64,000 bases of DNA, taken from positions 1-64,000 of the forward strand of contig CAWGVS010000011.1 in assembly GCA_963826115.1 (NCBI GenBank). Reading direction: 5' to 3'. Source of the DNA: an uncultured Candidatus Rokubacteria bacterium. GTDB taxonomy: Bacteria; Methylomirabilota; Methylomirabilia; Rokubacteriales; DASRDR01. Every line of letters begins with the position of its first letter. The first letter of the stretch is position 1. The notes beneath the pieces were generated by a model, which worked only from the letters and a program-made list of their open reading frames with translations, was not told the DNA's origin and searched no databases. The translations under genes and the position numbers were made by a program. Of the stretch, positions 22,387-32,465 are shown piece by piece.

Positions 22387-23960
22387 CGACGATCGAGGGC
22401 CTGGCCGGCTCGCTGGAGCAGCGGTTCCCGGGCAGGGTCGCCGCGGTGCGCCGGCGTGGAGACCGCGAGCTCCACTGCTCGCTGCCGGCGGACGACATGC
22501 CGGCGCTCGCGCGCTGGATGCGCGCGACCTTCGAGGCCGAGGTGATCCTCATGGTCGGGGCCGACCGGCGGCCGAGCGGGGAGGGCTTCGCGGTCCACTA
22601 CCTCTTGGGTCACTCCCGCGAGCGCTGGGTCCTCCACGTCACGGCGGCGGTCGACGCCGAGCGGCCCGAGATCCCGTCCTTGGCCACCTTCCACTATCCG
22701 GCATCGCGCTTCGAGCGCGAGATCTTCGACCAGCTCGGCATCCGGGCGCGCGGGCATCCCGACCCCCGCCCGCTGGTCCGCCACGCATTCTGGCCCGAGG
22801 ACTACTTCCCGCTCCGCAAGGACGCGGCGCCGCGTGACTTCCACGACGACGGCCAGGCCTTTCCCTTCCGCCAGGTTGGCGGGGAGGGAGTCTACGAGAT
22901 CCCGGTCGGGCCGGTCCACGCGGGCATCATCGAGCCCGGTCACTTCCGGTTCAGCGTGGTGGGCGAGACGATCATCGACATGAAGTCGCGTCTCTACTTC
23001 ACCCACAAGGGGACCGAGAAGCTCTTCGAGGGCCGGACGCCCGAGGACGGCGTCGAGCTCGCCGAGCGGGTGTCCGGGGACACGAGCGTCGGGCACGCGC
23101 TGGCGTACTGCCAGGCGGTCGAGGCGCTGGGCGGCGCCGTCGCGCCGGCCCGCGCCCGGTACCTGCGCGTGATCCTGCTCGAGCTCGAGCGCCTGTACAA
23201 CCACGTCGGTGACTTCGGCATGATCGCCAACGACACGGGCTTTGCCGCGGCCCACTCGCACTGCTTCCGGATCCGCGAGCGGCTCTTGCGTCTGAACAAG
23301 CGGCTGACGGGCCACCGGCTCCTGCGCGGCACGCTGGTGCCCGGCGGCGTGCGATCGGACCTGCCGCCCGGGGTGGACGTCGTCTCCGAGCTACGACAGG
23401 CGCTCGCGGACTTCGACGAGATCGTGGAGATCAGCCTCGGCAACACGCTCGTCCTCGACCGCCTCGAGGGCACGGGCCAGCTGACGCCCCAGATCGCCCG
23501 CGACCACGGCGTGCTCGGTTTCGTGGCGCGGGCGTCGGGACTCGACCAGGACGCGCGGCGCGACCAGCCGTTCGCCGCCTACGACGCGCTGTCATTCGAC
23601 GTGCCCGTGCTCGACTCGGGGGACGTGAAGGCGCGCACGCTGGTCCGGGTCCGCGAGGCCCGGGAGTCGGTGAAGCTCATCGCTCAGGCGGTAGAGGGGC
23701 TCCCGGCGGGGCCGCTCAGCTCGGCGCCGGAAGCCCTGCCGCCCCTCGAGCCTGCCTTCGCCATGGTGGAAGCGTGGCGGGGGCGGATCATCCACTGGAT
23801 CATGACGGACCGCCACGGGCGGCTCGAGCGCGTGAAGATCCTCGACCCGTCGTTCCTGAACTGGCGACCGCTCTCCTACGCGCTCCTGAAGAACATCGTC
23901 CCGGACTTCCCGCTCTGCAACAAGTCGTTCAACCAGTCCTACTCGGGGAACGACCTCTAG
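22383..23960 (+). CDS. Ehr large subunit (NuoC+NuoD/HycE-like) lacking NiFe-binding cysteines
   Basis: GPVHAGIIEPGHFRF, HKGTEK; ERVSGDT replaces RxCxxC and DFPLCNKSFN replaces DPCxxC. Confidence 0.88.
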   Translation: MTTIEGLAGSLEQRFPGRVAAVRRRGDRELHCSLPADDMPALARWMRATFEAEVILMVGADRRPSGEGFAVHYLLGHSRERWVLHVTAAVDAERPEIPSLATFHYPASRFEREIFDQLGIRARGHPDPRPLVRHAFWPEDYFPLRKDAAPRDFHDDGQAFPFRQVGGEGVYEIPVGPVHAGIIEPGHFRFSVVGETIIDMKSRLYFTHKGTEKLFEGRTPEDGVELAERVSGDTSVGHALAYCQAVEALGGAVAPARARYLRVILLELERLYNHVGDFGMIANDTGFAAAHSHCFRIRERLLRLNKRLTGHRLLRGTLVPGGVRSDLPPGVDVVSELRQALADFDEIVEISLGNTLVLDRLEGTGQLTPQIARDHGVLGFVARASGLDQDARRDQPFAAYDALSFDVPVLDSGDVKARTLVRVREARESVKLIAQAVEGLPAGPLSSAPEALPPLEPAFAMVEAWRGRIIHWIMTDRHGRLERVKILDPSFLNWRPLSYALLKNIVPDFPLCNKSFNQSYSGNDL

Positions 23961-24022
23961 GCGTCCGAGCGGGTCGGCCCGCGGCCCGGGCCTCGGCCGT
24001 GGTTCCTGGCGAGCGGCGGATC

Positions 24023-26911
24023 CTAGGGAGCGACGGTCAGGTGGCCGAGCACGACTGCCCGGCGGACGATCGGGAGGTCCGTCGCCGTGGCGCGGAGTTG
24101 CTTCCCGGTCCAGGGGAGCCACACGCCCGCCTGGAGCGAGTACTGGCCCGGCGGCGTGCTCACAGGCACGTGGAAGGTGACGCTCTGCCGGACCTCTTCG
24201 CCCGGCGCCCACCGGGACGTGCCGAAGCCGGCGCCGATCTCCTGGTCCTGGCTCCCGGCCTGCCGCATGCCCCGGACGTGGAGGAACGCCCAGTAGTCGT
24301 GGCGGAGGGGCTGGGCGAGCCGCCAGTGATACCGCACGGTCACGGTGTCGCCGGGGCGGACCTCCTTCGGGAAGTCCACGCCGACCAGGTCGAGGGCGTC
24401 GCCGAATCGCGTCTTCACGAGGCGCTCGGGCACCGGTGCGAGTCGCTGCCTGACCTCGGCGGCAACGTCGCGCCGGCCGAGCCGATCGAGGGCGTCGGCC
24501 CACCGCTCGAAGCGCCCGCGGCGCCAGGGGCCCTCGGGGACCGTGTCGGCCGCCTCGGCCCACCGGACGACCTCGTCCCAGGCCTGATCGGCCGCCGCCT
24601 GCTCGACGTCGGCGTCGAAGGCCTCGGTCCAGCCCGAGCGCGCGAGCGCATGGCCGTAGAGCTGGTGCGCGTCGTCCCAGTCGGGCGCGAGGGCGAGGGC
24701 CCGGTCCGCCTCCCGGAACACCGAGCCCCAGGCGACCTGCGCTCGGCGATGCTCGTAGGTGACCGGGGCCCGGCTGGGGTTGGGCCCGAAGGGATCGTCC
24801 ATCCAGCGCTCCAGGTAGCGGTCGGCGCTCGCCACGGCCGCGGCGGCCGCGGCGGGCGGCGTCCAGGGCGCCTCGGCGGGCTCGTAGACGAACAGCTCCG
24901 CGATCCCCCAGAGGGCGCCAGGATCCGCGGCCCCGATCTGGACGAAGCGCAGGTAGCGGACGGGCCGCGGTTCCATCCGGACGACGACGCGTCCGCCGTC
25001 GTCCACGCGGGGATGGCCCTTCCACCAGTGGATGCCGGCCACCACGTCCGGCACCGAGGCCACCTTCCGCCAGGTGGTCCCGTCCAAAGAGGTCTCCACG
25101 CGGAGCCCCTCGGGAGCGTCCGTGGGCCAGGGCCCGGCGATCAGCGTGACCTGTGCGACGGGATGGGCGCGGCCGAGATCCACCTGGAACCACTCGCCGC
25201 GCTTGTGCGGGACCGCCCAGCGAGTCCACACGCGCCGGTCGAAGGCCTGGGCCGCGGCACCGGCGTCGCCGGAGGCCCGCGTGACCCACCCGGACGAGGC
25301 GATCGGCTTCACGGGGCCCGGCGGCACGAAGTCGTGAAAGATCGCGTAGTCGCCGACGTTGTCACGCGTGTATCGGACGCCCGCGAGGGTCAGGCTCTGG
25401 GCCATCTCGTCGGGGTGAGGTCGACGGAGGCCCCGATGGGCGACGATCGCCACCTTCGTCGGATCCTCCACCCGGTCGACGGCGCGCAGGAAGTCGAAGT
25501 TGCGAAATCCCACGAAGTCCGCGCAGAGCACGCGCTCCGCCGACTCGAAGGTGACGACCTGCCCGACCCGGCTGTCCGCGTAGCAGGAGTGGATGCCGAG
25601 GGCCTCGAGTCTCGCGATGACGGCGTCGACCGGACGCCACGGGATCGCCGCGCCGTCCCGGACGAACGCGACGTGGGTCACCAGGTTGAAGCCGAGGAGC
25701 GCGGCCGCGAGCGCCCCGGCGAGGGGCGTCCATCCGGCGGCACCGACCCGGGCCAGCGCCACCGCACAGAGCACCGGCAGCGTCGCCTGGAAGGTGATCT
25801 CGTAGCGGATCACCGTCGACGTGCCGAACCAGGTGAAGAGGTGCCCGGCGACCGTGACCCAGAACGCGACGACCACGAAGTCCAGCGCGTCCTGCCACGG
25901 GCGTTCCCGCCGCCGGAGCCGCTGCCCCCACGAGACCACCCGTGCCACCGCCACGAGCATCCCGGGCACGTACACGCCCCAGATCGTGATCCAGCTGAGG
26001 ATGCGGGCCCACGACGGGAGGCGCACCGCCCGCCCGTCCCAGAAGTACTCCCGGAGGCTCACGTGGAGCGTCGAGGCGACGATCTGGAGCCGGACGCCCC
26101 ACGGCGGCAGCGGGCCCCCCCAGGTCGTGAGATGCCGGATCGTGGCCCAGTCGTGGGTCGCGTTCCACACCCAGAAGGGCAGGCTCGAGAGCATGAAGAG
26201 CCCGAACGCCGCGTAGGGACCGGGGCCGCGCAGGACCGAGGGCCGTGCGACGAGCAGGACGGCCGCAGCGGCGACGAGCAGCATCGCGGCGATCTGGCTC
26301 GACCACCAGCTCAGACCGGCGGCGACGCCAAGGACCGCCCAGGCCACGGTGCGCGCACGAGTCGAGCGCGGCTCGACGAGGAAGACGGCGCTCGCGAGCG
26401 CGACGGTGCCGAAGGCCAGCGCCGAGCTCTCCCCGTGCGTCGACAGCTGAGCGTGGCTCAGGAACACCGGCGGGACGGCGACCAGGAGGCCGGCGAGGAA
26501 AGCGAAGGGACCCGCGCCGGCGCGCCGCGCCACGAACCAGAGGGACCAGGCCCACAGGAGGGCGATGACCGCCGACGTCATGCGGAGGACAAGCGTGGAA
26601 GGCCCGAACAGCCAGAACCCGAGCGCGGCGGGATAGGCGTCGCCGATCGCCCCACCGTACGGCTCGCCCCAGTAGAAGACCTGGGGGACGCCGTGGAGGA
26701 TCGAGAGGGCCATCAGGCCCGTCAGGGCCTCGTCGTAGTAGGTCTCGGCGAGGGTGGGCGTCAGCGCCAGCCGGTAGCGGAGCGCCAGGAACACGACGCC
26801 GAGGAGTGCTCCCGCCGCCCCCACCCAGAGGCCGCGATGGGCCACCTTCGCTTCGGGGCGCGCCGTCGCGAGGGCGTCCGGCGCAGAGTGATTGCTCACG
26901 GTCGCGCGCAT
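24023..26911 (-). CDS. Multi-domain membrane glycosyltransferase (ArnT/PMT GT-C-like) with F5/8 type C domain
   Basis: YYDEALTGLMA (GT-C DE motif), many TM helices, AFDRRVWTRW / WFQVDLG / SLDGTTW discoidin motifs; start uncertain. Confidence 0.75.
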   Translation of the reverse strand: MRATVSNHSAPDALATARPEAKVAHRGLWVGAAGALLGVVFLALRYRLALTPTLAETYYDEALTGLMALSILHGVPQVFYWGEPYGGAIGDAYPAALGFWLFGPSTLVLRMTSAVIALLWAWSLWFVARRAGAGPFAFLAGLLVAVPPVFLSHAQLSTHGESSALAFGTVALASAVFLVEPRSTRARTVAWAVLGVAAGLSWWSSQIAAMLLVAAAAVLLVARPSVLRGPGPYAAFGLFMLSSLPFWVWNATHDWATIRHLTTWGGPLPPWGVRLQIVASTLHVSLREYFWDGRAVRLPSWARILSWITIWGVYVPGMLVAVARVVSWGQRLRRRERPWQDALDFVVVAFWVTVAGHLFTWFGTSTVIRYEITFQATLPVLCAVALARVGAAGWTPLAGALAAALLGFNLVTHVAFVRDGAAIPWRPVDAVIARLEALGIHSCYADSRVGQVVTFESAERVLCADFVGFRNFDFLRAVDRVEDPTKVAIVAHRGLRRPHPDEMAQSLTLAGVRYTRDNVGDYAIFHDFVPPGPVKPIASSGWVTRASGDAGAAAQAFDRRVWTRWAVPHKRGEWFQVDLGRAHPVAQVTLIAGPWPTDAPEGLRVETSLDGTTWRKVASVPDVVAGIHWWKGHPRVDDGGRVVVRMEPRPVRYLRFVQIGAADPGALWGIAELFVYEPAEAPWTPPAAAAAAVASADRYLERWMDDPFGPNPSRAPVTYEHRRAQVAWGSVFREADRALALAPDWDDAHQLYGHALARSGWTEAFDADVEQAAADQAWDEVVRWAEAADTVPEGPWRRGRFERWADALDRLGRRDVAAEVRQRLAPVPERLVKTRFGDALDLVGVDFPKEVRPGDTVTVRYHWRLAQPLRHDYWAFLHVRGMRQAGSQDQEIGAGFGTSRWAPGEEVRQSVTFHVPVSTPPGQYSLQAGVWLPWTGKQLRATATDLPIVRRAVVLGHLTVAP

Positions 26912-27273
26912 TCTGGCGTCAGGTTAGCGTTCGAGGCCTGCCCGACCTAGCGGTGAAAGCCCCCGGGTGTCAGGCAAACCACGGACACCGCGGCTCGCGA
27001 GACCGCCGTCCGGCCCGTCGAGCCAGTCCCGGGGCGAGGTCCACGGGGTGGGGAGTGGAAGCGGGTCGCGCCCGGTCGCGGCCGCCGGGACGCACCGCAA
27101 CCTCGCCGTCACCGGCGCGTCACCGGAACGCGAGGATCTCGGGCGCGCGCCGCTGCTACCGTACGTTGGGTCGACCTTTCGCGATGACGACGACGATCCT
27201 CAGGCCGCGGCGCGCTGGTGGGGGTGTCGACGCTGCGCTAGAATCCCCGGCGAGGACGCCGTCCCGCAAGCCG

Positions 27274-28233
27274 ATGAGCGCCGGAGAAGCGGTCACCGTC
27301 GAGCAGATCGTCGGCCGGGTCGACGCCTGGCGGGGCCGGCCGATGGCGGTCCGCCCGCTCACGAACGGGATCACGAACTCGAACTTTAGAATCGATGTCG
27401 ACGGGGGGTCGTTCGTCGTGCGCATCCCCGGCGCGTCCACCGACCTCCTCGCGATCGACCGGGCGAACGAGCTTCACAGCGCGCGCATCGCGGCCGCTCT
27501 GGGGATCGGTCCTGCCGTTCTCCACCACTTTCCGGACTGCGGCGCCACGGTGATGGAGTTCCTGCACGGCCGGCCCATGACCAACGACACCCTGAGCGAG
27601 CCGGGCATGCCCGGCCGGATCGCGGCCACGCTGCGCGCGCTCCACGACGGACCCCGGTTCCTCCAGGACTTCGACATGCTGGCCCTCGCCGAGCGCTACC
27701 GGACCGTGATCGAGGGCCGCGGCTTCTCGCTGCCGGCCGGCTACCGGGCGCGACGGCCCGCGGTCGAGGCGATCGCGATGGTGCTGGCGGCGCACCCGCT
27801 GCCCAGCGTCCCCTGCCACAACGACCTCCTGGCGGACAACTACATCGAGCAGGGGGAGCGCCTCCGGCTGATCGACTGGGAGTACAGCGGCAATGGCGAT
27901 CCCGCTTTCGAGCTCGGAAACACGTGCCGGGAGCTCGACTACGACGAGGCCCGGATCGGCGAGCTCTGCCGGGCGTACTTCGGAGCGGCGCCGGCGTCGC
28001 TCGTGTCCCGCGTGCGGCTCCACACGATCGTGTCCGACGTGGGCTGGGCGCTCTGGGCCGCCATCCAGACGGCCATCTCCCGGATCGCGTTCGACTTCGC
28101 CGACTACGGCGCTGCGCGGTGGGCGCGCGCGGAGGCGGCGATGGACGCGCCCGAGTTCCCCAGCTGGCTCGACGCCGTGGGCGGCGCCGCGCGGGGAGAG
28201 GCGGGTGTGGCCCCCGGACGGTGCCGCCCTTGA
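27274..28233 (+). CDS. Choline/ethanolamine kinase-like phosphotransferase
   Basis: GITNSNFRI, IDRANE, PCHNDLLADN, LIDWEYSG. Confidence 0.88.
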   Translation: MSAGEAVTVEQIVGRVDAWRGRPMAVRPLTNGITNSNFRIDVDGGSFVVRIPGASTDLLAIDRANELHSARIAAALGIGPAVLHHFPDCGATVMEFLHGRPMTNDTLSEPGMPGRIAATLRALHDGPRFLQDFDMLALAERYRTVIEGRGFSLPAGYRARRPAVEAIAMVLAAHPLPSVPCHNDLLADNYIEQGERLRLIDWEYSGNGDPAFELGNTCRELDYDEARIGELCRAYFGAAPASLVSRVRLHTIVSDVGWALWAAIQTAISRIAFDFADYGAARWARAEAAMDAPEFPSWLDAVGGAARGEAGVAPGRCRP

Positions 28234-28303
28234 CAACCTCACCGCCGCTGACGGAAGGTAAGCCGTCGCCACCAGGCCAGGCCCCGAACCCGAGGAGGAA
28301 CCC

Positions 28304-29410
28304 ATGAAGCACCGATTCCTGCGCACCTTCATGCTCGTCACCGTGGCCGTCCTGTCGACCCTCGGGGTCGCGGTCGGCCAGATGGGCATGGACCAGCTGA
28401 TCACCGCCGCGAAGCAGGAGGGCAATCTCACCACGATCGCTCTCCCGCACGACTGGTGCGGGTACGGTGAGCTCATCGCGAGCTACAAGCAGAAGTACGG
28501 CATCAAGGTAAACGAGCTCAATCCGGACGCCGGCTCCGGTGACGAGATCGAGGCCATCAAGGCGAACAAGGGGAACAAGGGCCCGCAGGCGCCGGACGTG
28601 ATCGACGTCGGCCTCTCGTTCGGCCCGTCCGCCAAGAAGGACGGCCTCCTGATGCCCCACAAGGTCGCCACGTGGGGCTCCATCCCGAACGACCAGAAGG
28701 ACTCCGAGGGCTACTGGTACGGCGACTACTACGGCGTGCTGGCCTTCGAGATCAACTCCGACATCGTGAAGAACCCGCCCCGCGACTGGGCGGATCTCCT
28801 GAAGCCGGAGTACAAGAACTCGGTCGCGCTGGCCGGCGATCCGCGCACGTCCAACCAGGCGATCCAGGGCGTGCTGGCGGCCGGCCTCGCGATGACGAAC
28901 GGCAACATCGACCAGGCCGCGGAGGCGGGGCTGAAGTTCTTCGCCGACCTGAACAAGGCCGGGAACTTCGTGCCGGTCATCGGCAAGGTGGCGTCCCTCG
29001 CGCAGGGCGCGACGCCCATCATCATCCGCTGGGACTACAACGCGCTCGCTGACCGCGACACGCTGAAGGGGAACCCGAAGCTCGACGTCGTGGTCCCGAA
29101 GAACGGCGTCGTCGCCGGCGTCTACGTGCAGGCGATCAGCGCCTTCGCGCCGCACCCGAACGCCGCGAAGCTCTGGATGGAGCACCTCTACTCCGACGAG
29201 GGGCAGGTCGCGTGGCTCAAGGGGTACTGCCACCCGATCCGCTTCAACGACCTCGTGAAGAGCAAGAAGGTCCCGGCCGATCTCTTGGCCAAGCTGCCCC
29301 CGGCCGAGTCCTACGAGAAGGCGGTGTTCCCGACGCTGGAGCAGCAGGCGAAGGCGAAGGAGATCATCACCAAGCAGTGGGACACCGTCGTCGGCGCGAA
29401 CGTCAAGTAG
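28304..29410 (+). CDS. ABC transporter substrate-binding protein (PotD/FbpA-like)
   Basis: Signal peptide, AAKQEG, APHPNAAKLW. Confidence 0.88.
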   Translation: MKHRFLRTFMLVTVAVLSTLGVAVGQMGMDQLITAAKQEGNLTTIALPHDWCGYGELIASYKQKYGIKVNELNPDAGSGDEIEAIKANKGNKGPQAPDVIDVGLSFGPSAKKDGLLMPHKVATWGSIPNDQKDSEGYWYGDYYGVLAFEINSDIVKNPPRDWADLLKPEYKNSVALAGDPRTSNQAIQGVLAAGLAMTNGNIDQAAEAGLKFFADLNKAGNFVPVIGKVASLAQGATPIIIRWDYNALADRDTLKGNPKLDVVVPKNGVVAGVYVQAISAFAPHPNAAKLWMEHLYSDEGQVAWLKGYCHPIRFNDLVKSKKVPADLLAKLPPAESYEKAVFPTLEQQAKAKEIITKQWDTVVGANVK

Positions 29411-29485
29411 CGCGCGCCGAGTGAACGTGGACCACACCGAGCGCGAGTGGCGGAGCCGCCCGGGCCCGGTGTGAGTCTTGTCGCG

Positions 29486-29593
29486 GCCCCCTTCCCCTCG
29501 TCCGCCCGCGGCGGCGAGGGGAGGGGGCGCCGTCGTCTTCCGATGAGCCGCTTCCCCCGCGCCCCGTTTCGAGAGGGCGATCGGGGCGAAGCG
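29486..29593 (+). other. Two GC-rich intergenic hairpins (REP-like / mRNA-stabilising)
   Basis: GCCCCCTTCCCCTCG...CGAGGGGAGGGGGC (29486-29528) and CGCTTC...GAAGCG between SBP and permease genes. Confidence 0.5.
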
Positions 29594-29613
29594 CCGCGCC
29601 TCCGGTCCGACGG

Positions 29614-30513
29614 ATGAACCGGGCCGCGTCCCCGGAGGCCGCGCCGCCGGGCGCGGTCCTGCGCCCGCGCGCCTTCTCCTGGGCGTTCCTCGGCGTCCTT
29701 CCGTTCTTCCTGTTCGCGTTCTTCTTCCTGATCTTGCCGACCAGCTTCCTGATGGTGGGCGCCTTCCAGGACGCCGACGGGCACCCGACGCTCGCCAACA
29801 TCCGCGACCTGTTCCATCCGACCATCCTCAAGGCGTACTGGATCAGCATCCAGGTCAGCGCGGCGTCGGCGATCGGGGGCGCCATTCTCGGCTTCTTCGT
29901 CGCATACGCGGCGATCTCCGGCGGGCTGCCCCGCTGGGTGCGCCCGACCCTCCTGACGTTCTCGGGCGTAGCGTCGAACTTCGCGGGCGTGCCGCTCGCC
30001 TTCGCGTTCCTGGCCACGCTCGGCCGTTTGGGCCTGGTGACCGTGCTCCTGGTCAACCTGTTCGACTTCAACATCTACCGGACGGGATTCAACCTCCTCA
30101 GCTTCTGGGGCCTGGCGCTGACCTACATGTACTTCCAGATCCCGCTGATGATCCTGATCATGGCGCCGGCCATCGACGGGCTGCGGCGGGAGTGGCGCGA
30201 GGCGGCGTCGAATCTCGGCGGCAGCGCCGTCGACTACTGGCGATACGTCGCGCTGCCCGTGCTGTGGCCGACGCTCCTCGGGACCACGCTCCTCCTGTTC
30301 GCCAACGCGTTCGGCGCGGTCGCGACGGCCTACGCGCTGACGGGGAGCTCGCTCAACATCGTCACGATCCTCCTCTTCGCGCAGATCCGGGGCGACGTGC
30401 TGCACAACCAGAACCTGGGATACGCGCTCGCGCTCGGGATGATCCTGATCACGGGACTCTCGAACACCGCCTACATCTGGCTGCGCGCCCGCAGCGACCG
30501 GTGGCTGAAGTGA
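29614..30513 (+). CDS. ABC transporter permease (PotB-like)
   Basis: EWREAASNLGG EAA motif; multiple TM helices. Confidence 0.88.
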   Translation: MNRAASPEAAPPGAVLRPRAFSWAFLGVLPFFLFAFFFLILPTSFLMVGAFQDADGHPTLANIRDLFHPTILKAYWISIQVSAASAIGGAILGFFVAYAAISGGLPRWVRPTLLTFSGVASNFAGVPLAFAFLATLGRLGLVTVLLVNLFDFNIYRTGFNLLSFWGLALTYMYFQIPLMILIMAPAIDGLRREWREAASNLGGSAVDYWRYVALPVLWPTLLGTTLLLFANAFGAVATAYALTGSSLNIVTILLFAQIRGDVLHNQNLGYALALGMILITGLSNTAYIWLRARSDRWLK

Positions 30514-31301
30514 CGCGACGGACGATCTGGTCATGGGCAGTGATGCTGCTGGGGGCCCTCTACTTCTTCGTGCCGCTGCTCGCCACCTTCGAGTTCTCGT
30601 TGCGCTACCGACGCGGCGTCTACAGCTTCGAGGCCTACCGGATCGTGCTCGGCGACCCGCGGTTCCACGCGACGTTCCTGTACTCGACGGGCCTGGCGCT
30701 CGCCACGATCGTCGTGGGCATCCTGCTGATCGTGCCGACCGCCTACTGGATCCAGCTCCGGCTACCGAAGCTCCGGCCGGTCGTGGAGTTCATCACGCTG
30801 CTCCCGCTGGTCATCCCGGCGATCGTGCTGGTCTTCGGCTACCTGCGCATCTACAACAGCTCGTCGTTCCTGCCCATGACCGGCAACGAGCGGGCGACCG
30901 ATGTCCTGCTGATGTTCAGCTACGTGACGCTCGCCATGCCCTACATGTATCGCGCGGTCGACGCCGGACTGCGCGCCATCGACGTCCGGACCCTCACCGA
31001 GGCGGCCCAGAGCCTCGGCGCGAACTGGGGGACCATCCTGCTGAGGGTGATCCTGCCCAACGTGCAGGTGGCGGTGCTGAGCGGGGCGTTCCTCACGTTC
31101 GCCATCGTGATCGGCGAGTTCACGATGGCGAGCCTGCTGGACCGCCCGGCGTTCGGCCCCTACCTCCAGCTGATCGGAGCCAACCGCGCGTACGAGCCGG
31201 CGGCGCTCGCGATCATCACCTTCGCGATCACGTGGGCGTGCATGGCGCTGATACAGGTTCTGGGACGTCGCGCTCCCGGCAAGACGGCGGGAGCCCACTA
31301 G
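30510..31301 (+). CDS. ABC transporter permease (PotC-like)
   Basis: LTEAAQSLGA EAA motif; GTG overlaps the previous TGA. Confidence 0.88.
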   Translation: MTRRTIWSWAVMLLGALYFFVPLLATFEFSLRYRRGVYSFEAYRIVLGDPRFHATFLYSTGLALATIVVGILLIVPTAYWIQLRLPKLRPVVEFITLLPLVIPAIVLVFGYLRIYNSSSFLPMTGNERATDVLLMFSYVTLAMPYMYRAVDAGLRAIDVRTLTEAAQSLGANWGTILLRVILPNVQVAVLSGAFLTFAIVIGEFTMASLLDRPAFGPYLQLIGANRAYEPAALAIITFAITWACMALIQVLGRRAPGKTAGAH

Positions 31302-31310
31302 GGGACACGC

Positions 31311-32384
31311 ATGGGCTTGCTGGAGATCAGTGGCCTGCAGAAGAAGTTCGCGCTCTCGACCGCGGTCGAGCACTTCGAGCTCGACGTCCAGCGGGGCGAG
31401 TTCGTGTCGTTCCTCGGGCCCAGCGGCTGCGGGAAGACGACGACGCTCCGGATGATCGCCGGATTCGAGACCCCGACCGCCGGCGCGATCCGGATCGACG
31501 GCGTCGACATCACACGCCGTCCACCAAACCGGCGCAACGTCGGCATGGTCTTCCAGTCCTACGCGCTCTTCCCGAACATGACGGTCACGGACAACGTGGG
31601 CTTCGGGCTGAAGGTGGCCCGGAAGCCGACCGCGGAGATCGCGCCCCGGGTGCAGGAGATGCTGGAGCTGATCAAGCTGCCCGCGCACGGGGGCCGCTAC
31701 CCCTACCAGCTGTCGGGGGGCCAGCAGCAGCGCGTGGCGCTCGCACGGGCGCTCGCGATCCAGCCCAAGGTGCTCCTGCTCGACGAGCCGCTCTCGGCGC
31801 TGGACGCGAAGATCCGCGTGTCGCTCCGGAACGAGATCCGCGCCATCCAGCGGAAGCTCGGCATCACGACGATCTACGTCACCCACGACCAGGAGGAGGC
31901 GCTCTCGCTGTCCGACCGGATCGTCGTGATGCGGGACGGGAAGGTCGAGCAGATCGGCACCCCGTTCGAGATCTACAACTTCCCGCGGACCACCTTCGTG
32001 GCGGCGTTCGTCGGCACGCTCAGCATCCTCCGGGGACAGGTGGTGGACCCGGCGCGCGGTGCGATCTCGATCGACGGGCAGGAGGTCCAGGCGGCGCGGG
32101 GGCTCGAGGACGCGAAGGCCGGCGAGGCGCGCGCGGTCGCCCTGCGCCCGGAGATCGTGTCCCTCCACGACGCGCCCGGCGACGGCAACCGGATGCGCGG
32201 CACCGTGGAGGACGTCAACTTCCTCGGGTCGATCGTGCGGGTCCGGGTGCGGTTCGGCGAGAACGCGGTGTCGCTGGACACGTTCAACAATCCCACGACA
32301 CCCCCGCCCGAGCCGGGGCAGCCGGTGACGGTGACCTTCCCCCGGGAATCGGTGCTGGTGCTCGAAGGCACCGGAGCCCACTGA
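31311..32384 (+). CDS. ABC transporter ATP-binding protein (PotA-like)
   Basis: GPSGCGKT, LSGGQQQR, LLLDEP, C-terminal TOBE domain. Confidence 0.95.
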   Translation: MGLLEISGLQKKFALSTAVEHFELDVQRGEFVSFLGPSGCGKTTTLRMIAGFETPTAGAIRIDGVDITRRPPNRRNVGMVFQSYALFPNMTVTDNVGFGLKVARKPTAEIAPRVQEMLELIKLPAHGGRYPYQLSGGQQQRVALARALAIQPKVLLLDEPLSALDAKIRVSLRNEIRAIQRKLGITTIYVTHDQEEALSLSDRIVVMRDGKVEQIGTPFEIYNFPRTTFVAAFVGTLSILRGQVVDPARGAISIDGQEVQAARGLEDAKAGEARAVALRPEIVSLHDAPGDGNRMRGTVEDVNFLGSIVRVRVRFGENAVSLDTFNNPTTPPPEPGQPVTVTFPRESVLVLEGTGAH

Positions 32385-32465
32385 CCGGCGTTCGCCCTCC
32401 TGTCGGGATGGGGCTGGCCGCGCACTCCTACGAACGGCCGCCTCGGTGAATCCGAAGAGTAGCGG

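Noticed and set aside
22383-23960. True [NiFe] hydrogenase / formate hydrogenlyase
   Set aside because: Both Ni-binding CxxC motifs are missing, and there are no hyp or fdh genes in the window.
26973-26980. c-di-GMP-I riboswitch suggested by GGCAAACC
   Set aside because: The following GAAA tetraloop and GACGCAAAGC elements are absent.
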